Source: Phycisphaera mikurensis NBRC 102666
GTDB lineage: Bacteria > Planctomycetota > Phycisphaerae > Phycisphaerales > Phycisphaeraceae
DNA length: 32,000 nucleotides
Direction of reading: 5' to 3'
Assembly: GCF_000284115.1 (NCBI RefSeq)
Contig: NC_017080.1
Span: forward strand, 2,910,001-2,942,000
This document shows positions 17,008 through 24,730 of the stretch, piece by piece. Both the position numbers and the translations under genes were made by a program. Position 1 is the stretch's first letter; every line of letters begins with the position of its first letter. The notes below the pieces were generated by a model, which did not search any database, was not told the origin of the DNA, and worked only from the letters and a program-made list of their open reading frames with translations.

Positions 17008-19071
17008 ATGCGTGACCTCCTCCAGAACCACCCCGAGGCCGCCGTCGGCGCTTTGATCCTGGGCTTCGGCTTCCTGATCTTCATCCACGAGCTGGGCCAC
17101 TTCCTCGTCGCGAAGTGGGTGGGCATCCGCGCCACCCAGTTCGCGATCGGCTTCGGGCCGGCCGTCGCCTCCTTCCGCCGGGGGATCGGCCTGCGGGCCG
17201 GGAGCACCGAGGCGGAATACGAGAAGCGGGCACGCGGAGCCGCCGGTCCCGACCCCAGCGACGACGAGCTCTACGCCGCGGCCGACGCCGCGGGCCTGGG
17301 AGAGACCGAGTACCGGCTGAACTGGCTGCCGCTGGGCGGCTACGTGAAGATGCTCGGGCAGGAAGATCTCGACCCCGCCGCCGCCTCTCAGGACCCCAGG
17401 GCGTACAACCAGAAGGCGATCTGGAAGCGGATGCTGGTGATCTCCGCCGGCGTGGTGATGAACCTGGTCTTCGGCATCGTCTTCCTCGTGCTGGCCTTCG
17501 GGCCCGGCGCCGGCGTCGCCTTCCCGGCGCCGGTGGTCGGCGGTGTCAGCCCCGGCGAGCCGGCGGCGCGGGCGTATGCGGAGGGCCACGAGGGCGATCC
17601 AAGCTTCCTGGGGCTGCTGCCCGGTGACCGCATCACCGGCCTCAACGGGGACCCGGTCGAAGACCTCGTCGCGGTGAAGATCGCCACGGCGCTGGGCGGG
17701 CGGAGCAACGACGTCTTGCTCGACGTCGAGCGGCCCGGCGAGGCCGGCGGCGAAGCGACGCCGCTGCGGTTCCGCCTGCGGCCCGAGGTGGGCCGCACGA
17801 GCGACAGCATGCTCGCGGTGGGCATCCAGCCCGCGACCACGGACGAGGTGGTCGGCGTGGAGGAGGGCAGCGTTTGGGCGGAGGCGGGCGTCGCGGCGGG
17901 CGACCGGCTCGTGTCGGTGGCCGGGACGCCGGTGGACGGGCCCGCGGCGCTGCAGCGGCGGGTCGCCCGCGGCGGAGGACGGACGGTGGAGGCGCTCTTC
18001 GCGGACGAAGCGGGCGTGGAGAAGGCCGTGACCTTCGCACCGCTCCCGGCGCTCGCCCGCGACGCCGACGGCGGCGAATCGCTCCTGGGCCTCGAGCCGC
18101 TGGCGGAAGTCAACTACATCGTGCCCGGTTCTCCCGCCGAGGCCGTGGGGCTCCGCGCAGGCGACGTCCTCACGCGGGTGGGCGGGGTGCAGTGGCCTTC
18201 GCGATCGGCCGTGCTCGGGCAGATCGCGGCGCACGCGGCCTCCGGCCGCGCGGTGGAGTTGGCGGTGCTGCGGGAGGGGGCGCGTGTGCCGATCGAGGCC
18301 GCGACGCTCGACGACGGCCAGCTGGGCATCGGCTACGGCCCGGCGTCGGGCCTCGCCCGGGTCGCGGCGTCGCCCTCGCCCGGTGCGCTCTCCCTGCCGG
18401 CCGGCTCGCTGGTCACCTCCCTGAACGGCCGCCCCCTCGGGAGCTTCACCGACCTCCAGGCGGCGCTGCAGGAAGCCGTCGCGGACGCCGCGGAACCGGC
18501 CACCGACGTCGCCCTTGGCTTCGAGGTCCCGCTGGGTGCCGGCAGCGTGGAGACGCGGACGTTCTCGCTCGACGAGCCGCAGCGGGCCACGATCCGCGGC
18601 GCCGCCTGGGTGCCGCCCGGCGGCCTCGCCTTCCGTCCGCTGAAGGTGCTGATCGCGGGCGCCTCCGTCGGCGAGGCCGCCGCGATCGGGCTCGAGAAGA
18701 CCGGTGAGTTCATCCAGCAGACCTACGTCACCCTGCTGCGGCTCTTCCAAGGGGACGTCAAGGTGACGCACCTGCGGGGCCCGGTCGGCATCGTGGACGA
18801 GGGCAGCCGCCTCGCCCGCGAGGGCTGGCCGTACTACCTCTACTTCCTGGGGATCATCTCGATCAACCTCGCGGTCATCAACTTCCTCCCGCTGCCCATC
18901 GTCGACGGCGGGCACATGGTGTTCCTCGCGGTGGAGAAGCTCCGCGGCAAGCCGGCGGGGCCGCAGATCCAGACGGCGGTGACGCTGGTGGGCCTCTGCC
19001 TCATCGCGGCCTTCTTCGTGATCGTCACGTACAACGACCTGTTCCGCCTCGCCTCGCGGCTGCTGGCGTGA
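17008..19071 (+). CDS. rseP: RseP-type site-2 zinc metalloprotease (M50), expanded to 687 aa with about four PDZ-like segments
   Basis: HELGHFLVAKWVG (HExxH); GETEYRLNWLPLGGYVKM; C-terminal NFLPLPIVDGGH. Conserved dxr-rseP neighbourhood. Confidence 0.92.
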   Translation: MRDLLQNHPEAAVGALILGFGFLIFIHELGHFLVAKWVGIRATQFAIGFGPAVASFRRGIGLRAGSTEAEYEKRARGAAGPDPSDDELYAAADAAGLGETEYRLNWLPLGGYVKMLGQEDLDPAAASQDPRAYNQKAIWKRMLVISAGVVMNLVFGIVFLVLAFGPGAGVAFPAPVVGGVSPGEPAARAYAEGHEGDPSFLGLLPGDRITGLNGDPVEDLVAVKIATALGGRSNDVLLDVERPGEAGGEATPLRFRLRPEVGRTSDSMLAVGIQPATTDEVVGVEEGSVWAEAGVAAGDRLVSVAGTPVDGPAALQRRVARGGGRTVEALFADEAGVEKAVTFAPLPALARDADGGESLLGLEPLAEVNYIVPGSPAEAVGLRAGDVLTRVGGVQWPSRSAVLGQIAAHAASGRAVELAVLREGARVPIEAATLDDGQLGIGYGPASGLARVAASPSPGALSLPAGSLVTSLNGRPLGSFTDLQAALQEAVADAAEPATDVALGFEVPLGAGSVETRTFSLDEPQRATIRGAAWVPPGGLAFRPLKVLIAGASVGEAAAIGLEKTGEFIQQTYVTLLRLFQGDVKVTHLRGPVGIVDEGSRLAREGWPYYLYFLGIISINLAVINFLPLPIVDGGHMVFLAVEKLRGKPAGPQIQTAVTLVGLCLIAAFFVIVTYNDLFRLASRLLA

Positions 19072-19808
19072 GCGGGTCCGCGAGGCCGGAGCTGGCGAGC
19101 GGCTGGACCGCGCACGCGGGCGCTGCGGGTCGCGCCTGGTTGCAGTGCGACCTGCTCACGATTCGGGGCTTTCGGCACGGCTTCACGCTCCGCAGCGGCG
19201 GGCAAGACCTGCGCGGACCGGCAGAAGTCGCCGCCTTCGCCGCGGAAGCCGGCGTCGCCGCCGGACGCGTCGGCATGAGCCCGCAGGTGCACGGAAGCCG
19301 CGTCAGCTCGCCGCGAGACCGCGAGGTCGCCGCCGACGCCGCCTGGAGCCCGCCGGGCGGCGGCGTGGTCGCCGTCCGGACCGCGGACTGCCTCCCGGTC
19401 CTCCTGGCAGGGTTCGGAGGCGTCGTGGCGGCGCACGCCGGCTGGCGCGGCCTGCTCGGCGGGGTTCTCGAGGCGTCGGTCGAGCGGCTCGGCGGGGGCG
19501 ACGCCGTGCGGGCCGCCGCGTTGGGCCCCTGCATCGGGGCGGCGGCGTTCGAGGTCGGGCCGGAGGTCGCGGGCGCATTCCGCAACGCGGGCCTCGGCCG
19601 TCACCTCCACACCGGAGCGGGCGATCGCTCCCACGCCTGTCTCGCCGGGGCCGCGACCACGCTGCTGCAGCGGGCGGGCGTGCGGCCATCGGTCGTCTCC
19701 TCGTGCCGCTGCTGCACCTTCGCCGACCCGGACCGCTTCTTCAGCTTCCGCCGGGACGGACCCGGTCGGGGGCACCAAGGGGCGTGGATGGCCCCGCAGG
19801 AGCGATAA
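19068..19808 (+). CDS. pgeF: YfiH/PgeF family (DUF152, laccase-domain) purine nucleoside phosphorylase / peptidoglycan editing factor
   Basis: RTADCLPVLL, AHAGWRGL, FEVGPEV and a C-terminal FFSFRRDG motif. The GTG at 19068 overlaps the rseP stop (GTGA). Confidence 0.85.
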   Translation: MSGSARPELASGWTAHAGAAGRAWLQCDLLTIRGFRHGFTLRSGGQDLRGPAEVAAFAAEAGVAAGRVGMSPQVHGSRVSSPRDREVAADAAWSPPGGGVVAVRTADCLPVLLAGFGGVVAAHAGWRGLLGGVLEASVERLGGGDAVRAAALGPCIGAAAFEVGPEVAGAFRNAGLGRHLHTGAGDRSHACLAGAATTLLQRAGVRPSVVSSCRCCTFADPDRFFSFRRDGPGRGHQGAWMAPQER

Positions 19809-20023
19809 TCTGAATCATGTTCAACGCGAGCCGGCGGCTCCGGCTACGCGGCACGGCGGCTGCGGACGTCTCAGCACGGCGGCTTCTTGCATAAATTACT
19901 CGCCCGACGAATGATGCGCGCTCCCGATCCCGACGGCGTCCTCCCCGCCGCCGGGGTGCCCGCTGCAGGCCGCCCCCCGGACCGTCCGGTAAAAGAATCT
20001 TCCACGCTTTCACGCCGAGTCGC

Positions 20024-20051
20024 TTGCCAGCATCGGGATACGTCCTATCCT
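20024..20051 (+). promoter_or_regulatory. Candidate sigma70-like promoter for the PEP-CTERM protein gene
   Basis: TTGCCA (20024-20029), 16-nt spacer, TATCCT (20046-20051), in a locally AT-richer 335-bp spacer. A bulged 11-bp hairpin (20090-20116) and a purine-rich agaaagaaaagaggg tract lie between it and the ATG. Confidence 0.3.
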
Positions 20052-20143
20052 CGTGGCGGCGAGGAGGCGAGTTGCTTCCTCGACAGACCGATCCCCGCCG
20101 CTTGTGCGGCGGGATCCACCAGAAAGAAAAGAGGGTCCTTCGA

Positions 20144-20926
20144 ATGAACGCTTCCACCACCACGCTTCTCGCTGCCTTTGCCGGCACCGCTGCTCTGACC
20201 ACCGGCGCCAACGCCGCCACCGTCATCGACTTCAGCGGCATCGCCACCGGCACCACCGTCACCAACCAGATCGCCGGCCTGACCGTCTCGGCCTCCAGCC
20301 CCTACGCCGACTCGCCCGAAGAGGTCTTCGGCTGGGACTTCAACGGCTACCCGGAGTTCGACTTTGCCGGCCAGCAGGCCCCCTTCACCTCGGGCAACGC
20401 CACCGGCCGCGACCTCGGCCAGGGCCTGGCCCTCCGCGGTCCCGAGGGCGTGCTCACCGGCTTCGGCGTCCTGCCCGAGCCCATCCCCACCCCGCTGGAG
20501 AAGCGTCGTCCCGCCGGCACGATCAACCTGGAGTTCGCCACCCCCCTGGACAGCTTCGGGTTCACGATCGTCGACGTGGAGGGCCCCGAGGAGTTCGAGA
20601 CCAACACCGGCTTCTTCATCGACTTCCTGAGCGACGGCACCGAGGTCGGCGTCTTCGACTTCGCGAGCTTCGTCACCGACGACGACTCCAACGTGTTCGA
20701 CCCATCGATCGAGTTCGGCAACCGCTCGGCCAACCAGATCGCCCCGATCACCGCGGCGCAGCTGGGTGTGGCGAGCTTCGACGAGGTCCGCATCTCGCTC
20801 GGCGGATCGGCCGTCGTCGCCCAGATCACCGTGAACGCGGTGCCCACGCCGACCGCGGCCCTCGGCGGCCTCGCCCTCCTGGGCGCCGGTGCCCTGCGTC
20901 GCCGCACCCGCGGCGCCCAGGCCTGA
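20144..20926 (+). CDS. PEP-CTERM sorting-domain secreted protein (putative exosortase substrate), 260 aa
   Basis: Start at the internal ATG 20144 of ORF 20024..20926, preceded by aaagaggg. Signal peptide MNASTTTLLAAFAGTAALTTGANA. The C-terminus is VPTPTAALGGLALLGAGALRRRTRG, i.e. a PEP-like motif, a TM helix and an Arg cluster. Confidence 0.8.
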   Translation: MNASTTTLLAAFAGTAALTTGANAATVIDFSGIATGTTVTNQIAGLTVSASSPYADSPEEVFGWDFNGYPEFDFAGQQAPFTSGNATGRDLGQGLALRGPEGVLTGFGVLPEPIPTPLEKRRPAGTINLEFATPLDSFGFTIVDVEGPEEFETNTGFFIDFLSDGTEVGVFDFASFVTDDDSNVFDPSIEFGNRSANQIAPITAAQLGVASFDEVRISLGGSAVVAQITVNAVPTPTAALGGLALLGAGALRRRTRGAQA

Positions 20927-21048
20927 TCGCCGGAGCCCGCTGAGGCGGCCTGGTTTCCGCCTCTCGCCCGCGGCCCGTCCGCGAGCGAACCCCGACTCCC
21001 TCCGACGCCCGTGGCCTCTGGCTGCGGGCGTTGTTGCAGGCGCCCCGG

Positions 21049-21072
21049 GGCGGCGGCGGCGGCGGCGGCGGC
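21049..21072. repeat. (GGC)8 trinucleotide microsatellite, intergenic
   Basis: Read directly from the sequence. It is flanked by a 12-bp direct repeat TCTGGCTGCGGG at 21017-21028 and 21075-21086. Confidence 0.9.
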
Positions 21073-21163
21073 CGTCTGGCTGCGGGTGGGTCCGCCGCGT
21101 CGACCGGCGGCTCCCGCGGAGCGGGCGCGACCCCGCACGCGGTCGCCGCCGTAGAGGAAAGCG

Positions 21164-21661
21164 ATGCTGAACAAGCGGAATCTGGTGGTGCCGGGGCTGA
21201 TCGTGATCGGGCTGCTCGCCGCGGCGTCGCTGCTCGCCTCCGGGGCGGGCGGCGGTTCCTCCAGCACCGACCCCGAGGGCGTACCGTGGCGGACCGACGT
21301 GGAGGCGGCCCGGGCGGAGGCGGCGGAGACCGGCCGGCCGCTCTTCCTGGACTTCACCGCCGACTGGTGCCCGCCCTGCCGAGAGATGGAGCGGGACACG
21401 TGGCCCGACGCCGAGGTTCGCGACCTGCTCGCCGGCCGCTTCACCCCGGTGAAGGTGGACATCGATGCTCAGCCGGCCGTCGCGGCGGCCTTCGGGGTGC
21501 AGGCGATCCCGACCCTGGTGGTCGTGAACCCGGAGCGAGCGGAGCGGAGACGCACCGGCTATGTCGGACCCGAAGAGCTCGCCGACTGGCTGCGTGACCA
21601 GGCACCGTCGCCCGCGCTCGAGGCCGCGGACGCCTCGCAAGCCGCGGACGCGCAGGGCTGA
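21164..21661 (+). CDS. Membrane-anchored/secreted thioredoxin-fold thiol:disulfide oxidoreductase (CPPC active site)
   Basis: 165-aa ORF, preceded by gaggaaa. N-terminal hydrophobic anchor LVVPGLIVIGLLAAASLL. Also LFLDFTADWCPPCREME and a cis-Pro region GVQAIPTLVV. Confidence 0.85.
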   Translation: MLNKRNLVVPGLIVIGLLAAASLLASGAGGGSSSTDPEGVPWRTDVEAARAEAAETGRPLFLDFTADWCPPCREMERDTWPDAEVRDLLAGRFTPVKVDIDAQPAVAAAFGVQAIPTLVVVNPERAERRRTGYVGPEELADWLRDQAPSPALEAADASQAADAQG

Positions 21662-21845
21662 TAGGCGCCCGGCACGGCGTGGGGGCTGCATGGCCCGGGG
21701 CCGAGGGTCCGGGCCGAAGCGGCCAACGCGGCGCCTCGGATGTGTGAGCGGTCGAGCCACGGGGGGGCGTGGCACCCCGGGCTTCAGACCTCATGCTCAC
21801 GCGTGTCCTTCTCGGGTCGCGTAGAAGAAGTTCACTGCAGGCGTA

Positions 21846-22964
21846 TCAGACGCCTTCGGGGAACGCGAGGTGGTACGCCGCGAGGCGTTTCTTCAGGATC
21901 CCGGCGGCCGCCTCCGCCGAAGCCCCCACGGGCAGCCGGGCCCGCTTGAGGAAGCCGCGGTCGTCCGCCAGCCGCGTGTACACCTCCGCCGCGGCCCCGC
22001 CCGTCTCGAAGACCCGCGAGAGGTGCAACGCGAAGTAGAAGTCGAAGCCGTGCTTCATGCGGCGCGGGGTCACACGGAAAGGCAGCACCCGCGGCTCGCC
22101 GCCCTCGGCCGTGAGATTGGCCGCGAAGCGGAGCGCCTTGAGCGCGACCCCGGGGTGGACGTAGCCGCGGGTGCGGGTGAGGTGGGCCCCGGTCACCCGC
22201 AGCGTGAGGCCCAGGGTGTCCAGCAGGCACGCGTGCGTCACCGTCAGCCGCCCGCCGAGCAGCACGAGCTGGTTCACCGTCAGCTCGCGGCTGCCCATGT
22301 ACCCGCCCTCGTCGGTCAGCACCTCGATGCCGAACTCGCCCAGGGTGAGGTCGTCGGGCATGTACAGCGAGGCAAGTCGGTGGTCGTCGTCGCCGGGCGT
22401 GTCGGCGTCGCGCAGCAGGTCGATGTCGCGGACGGCGGAACCGAAGGCGTCGAGGCGGAGCGTCCGCGCGAGGACCTTGCGGGCGACGCCGCCCTTGAAT
22501 CCGTAGCCGGCGGGGACGGGGGGCAGACCGCGGAGCACCGCTTCCTCGGCCTCCAGCACGAAACGGGGCGGGCCGTCCGCCACCGCGACGGGCGTCAGCC
22601 CGAGCTCGTCGAGCATCGCGGGCACCGCGTCGAGCTCCGGCGGCGGGGCCGCGCTCCCCGCGCCGCGGCCGCCCCGCCGCCCCCGCCCTCGCCCCCTCTG
22701 CGGCGTGGCGGCGGTGTACCCGGCCTGCGACTCGTCCGCCACGGCCCGCGCCCGGTCGCGCAGACGCCCGGCCGGCGTGTCGCCGAAGGCGTGCGCCCGG
22801 AGCGTCGGAAACCGGCCCGTGTCCGCGGCGTCCTCGGGCGGCACCGCGGGCGGTTCCTCCTCCCGCGGAGGAACCGGCACGCCCACCTTCCGCGCCAGCT
22901 GCTCGAAGCCGTGCACCGTGCCGCGGGAGCGGCCGATCGGGTTTGAGCCGGGCGACGCGGTCAT
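21846..22964 (-). CDS. Hypothetical protein; putative divergent Pol-beta-superfamily nucleotidyltransferase (class-II CCA/poly(A) polymerase-like core) with an RGG-rich disordered N-terminus
   Basis: 372-aa GC3-rich [16 protein letters not shown]...VRDIDLL resembles motif A (GGxVRD...DxD). SRELTVNQL resembles RRDFTINA. TLRVTG resembles the family motif [17 protein letters not shown] resembles [22 protein letters not shown] lies at aa 90-103. The motif comparison is from memory, not a search. Confidence 0.6.
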   Translation of the reverse strand: MTASPGSNPIGRSRGTVHGFEQLARKVGVPVPPREEEPPAVPPEDAADTGRFPTLRAHAFGDTPAGRLRDRARAVADESQAGYTAATPQRGRGRGRRGGRGAGSAAPPPELDAVPAMLDELGLTPVAVADGPPRFVLEAEEAVLRGLPPVPAGYGFKGGVARKVLARTLRLDAFGSAVRDIDLLRDADTPGDDDHRLASLYMPDDLTLGEFGIEVLTDEGGYMGSRELTVNQLVLLGGRLTVTHACLLDTLGLTLRVTGAHLTRTRGYVHPGVALKALRFAANLTAEGGEPRVLPFRVTPRRMKHGFDFYFALHLSRVFETGGAAAEVYTRLADDRGFLKRARLPVGASAEAAAGILKKRLAAYHLAFPEGV

Positions 22965-22989
22965 GGGCGGGGTCTACGCGGGTCGGCTT

Positions 22990-23067
22990 GGGGGGGGGCT
23001 CGGCGGCCGGGGCGGGGCGGGGCGGGGCGGGGGCGGGCGGGATTGGGCGGGCGGGGTTGGGCGGGGG
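22990..23067 (+). promoter_or_regulatory. G-quadruplex-prone G-tract array, including (GGGGC)4-5, in the divergent spacer between the NTase-like gene and trpB
   Basis: 13 runs of 3 or more G in 78 nt on the + strand, mostly separated by a single C: G9 at 22990-22998; GGGGC x4 at 23009-23028; further GGG/GGGG/GGGGG runs up to 23067. Confidence 0.7.
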
Positions 23068-23093
23068 CCGCTGCGGGCTCTCTACGATCGGCC

Positions 23094-24335
23094 ATGACCG
23101 CCACGGCCACCCCCCCGATCTCGCAGACCCGCCGCTTCCCCGACGACCGCGGGTACTTCGGCGGCTACGGCGGCGTCTTCATCCCCGAGACGCTGCACCA
23201 CGCGGTGGCCGAGCTCGCCGAAGCCTACCGCGAAGCGCGAGCGGACCCGGCCTTCGCGGCGCAGCTCGCCGAGCTCGCACGCGACTACATCGGCCGCCCG
23301 ACGCCCCTGCAGTTCGCTCCGCGCCTCACCGCCGCCGGCGGCGGGGCGCAGATCTGGCTGAAGCGTGAAGACCTCGCCCACACGGGAGCCCACAAGATCA
23401 ACAACGCGATCGGGCAGTGCTTGCTGGCGCTGCGGATGGGCAAGAAGCGGATCATCGCGGAGACCGGCGCCGGCCAGCACGGCGTCGCGACCGCCACCGC
23501 GGCGGCCAAGTTCGGCCTGCCCTGCGAGGTCTTCATGGGCGAGGAGGACATGCGCCGCCAGCGGCCCAACGTCCTGCGGATGCGGATGATGGGGGCCACC
23601 GTCACCGGCGTCGGCGACGGGAGCCGGACGCTCAAGGACGCCACCAACGCGGCGCTGCGGGACTGGATGGGCAGCTCCGCGGACACCCACTACATCATCG
23701 GCAGCGTCGTGGGTCCGCACCCCTTCCCGATGATCGTGCGCGACTTCCAGGCCGTGATCGGCCACGAGAGCATCGCCGCCTGCCGCGACCAGATCGGCCG
23801 CTTGCCCGACACCGTGGTCGCCGTGGTCGGCGGCGGCTCCAACGCCTCGGGCATGTTCTACCCGTTCGCGAGCGATCCCGGCTGCGACGGCGTCGCGCTC
23901 GTGGGCGTCGAACCCGGCGGGACCGGGACGGCGCCGGGCCAGCACGCCGCCGCGCTCACCCACGGAAGCCCGGGGGTGCTGCACGGCGCGCTCTCGTACG
24001 TGATGCAGAACTCCGACGGCCAGACCGCCGACGTCCACAGCGTCTCCGCCGGCCTGGACTACCCCGGCATCGGGCCCGAGCACAGCTGCTGGAAGGACAG
24101 CGGCCGCGTGAGCTACGCGAGCGTCACCGACAGCGAGGCGCTCGCCGCGTTCGAGCTGATCTGCAGGCTCGAGGGCATCCTGCCCGCGCTCGAGCCGTCG
24201 CACGCGCTCGCCCACGTGATGAAGCTCGCCCCGACGCTGCCCGCCGATCACGTCGTCCTGATGAACCTCTGCGGCCGCGGCGACAAGGACCTCGACGAGG
24301 TCATCCGATTGCTGGGCCACGCCGAGACCGCGTGA
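23094..24335 (+). CDS. trpB: Tryptophan synthase beta chain (TrpB1-type); no trpA adjacent
   Basis: Start at ATG 23094 (MTATATPP) within ORF 23043..24335. [15 protein letters not shown]; [16 protein letters not shown] (PLP lysine); GGGSNASG; C-terminal LCGRGDKD. Confidence 0.95.
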   Translation: MTATATPPISQTRRFPDDRGYFGGYGGVFIPETLHHAVAELAEAYREARADPAFAAQLAELARDYIGRPTPLQFAPRLTAAGGGAQIWLKREDLAHTGAHKINNAIGQCLLALRMGKKRIIAETGAGQHGVATATAAAKFGLPCEVFMGEEDMRRQRPNVLRMRMMGATVTGVGDGSRTLKDATNAALRDWMGSSADTHYIIGSVVGPHPFPMIVRDFQAVIGHESIAACRDQIGRLPDTVVAVVGGGSNASGMFYPFASDPGCDGVALVGVEPGGTGTAPGQHAAALTHGSPGVLHGALSYVMQNSDGQTADVHSVSAGLDYPGIGPEHSCWKDSGRVSYASVTDSEALAAFELICRLEGILPALEPSHALAHVMKLAPTLPADHVVLMNLCGRGDKDLDEVIRLLGHAETA

Positions 24336-24355
24336 TCCTCCCGGTCCCGGCGAGC

Positions 24356-24487
24356 CGGGTGCCGCGGGTGCCGCGGGTCCGGCGCCGCGGACCGTCGGCC
24401 TTTCTGACGCTCAGAGGCCGCGGTCCGCGGCGAACCCGCCGCGGACCGGCGCACGAGAAGCGCATCCGCCGCGAGGGTCCGCGGACC
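24356..24487. repeat. Cluster of CCGCGG-centred repeats and hairpins in the convergent trpB/sulfatase spacer
   Basis: GGTGCCGCG x2 in tandem (24358-24375). CCGCGGACC at 24385 and 24439. GGTCCGCGG at 24422. Perfect 12-nt palindrome GGTCCGCGGACC at 24476-24487. A 12-bp-stem hairpin at 24421-24448 with loop aacc. Confidence 0.8.
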
Positions 24488-24730
24488 GCCGGCCGGGCCC
24501 GGGGCGACCGGCCCGAGCGGGTAGCGAAGCCGTGGACGAAAAGGAGGAGGCGGAGGGCCACCTGCCGGGCGACCAGGTGGCTCATCCACACCGTGGATGT
24601 GGCGGCGGAGGGCCGCGGATGAGCGGGAAGCGGGAGCCACGCCCGGTCGCGGGTTCGGGCTGCTCCGGTTGCAGTTGGCGCCTCCATCGACGGAGTCGAC
24701 GAGCCACCTGCGCGGGGCCGCTCCGCGTTG

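Noticed and set aside
15397-18915. 1172-aa minus-strand ORF.
   Set aside because: It is antisense to the rne 3' end, dxr and rseP, all of which have strong family motifs. Its composition is the typical antisense artefact.
19817-19894. 25-aa ORF (MFNASRRLRLRGTAAADVSARRLLA) just after pgeF.
   Set aside because: It has no RBS, an Arg-rich composition, and neither a hydrophobic nor a conserved-looking core. It is more likely part of the untranslated spacer.
20941-20963. Hairpin GAGGCGG...CCGCCTC after the PEP-CTERM gene as an intrinsic terminator.
   Set aside because: It has only a 7-bp stem with a 9-nt loop and no U-tract, so it is too weak to call as a feature.
20045-21775. 576-aa minus-strand ORF, plus related overlapping ORFs (20347..21462, 20053..20943).
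   Set aside because: They are antisense or off-frame to the PEP-CTERM and thioredoxin-like genes, which have signal peptides, an RBS and functional motifs.
24640-24670. tRNA-like T-loop resemblance (gcGGGTTCGGGCtgc).
   Set aside because: The flanking bases do not form a T-stem, and no acceptor or anticodon arms can be built. I found no tRNA gene anywhere in the window.
24336-24730. Possibility that a trpA gene or pseudogene follows trpB.
   Set aside because: No frame in the 395-bp spacer shows TrpA-like sequence, and the space is too short for the gene. trpB appears to be genuinely unlinked from trpA in this window.
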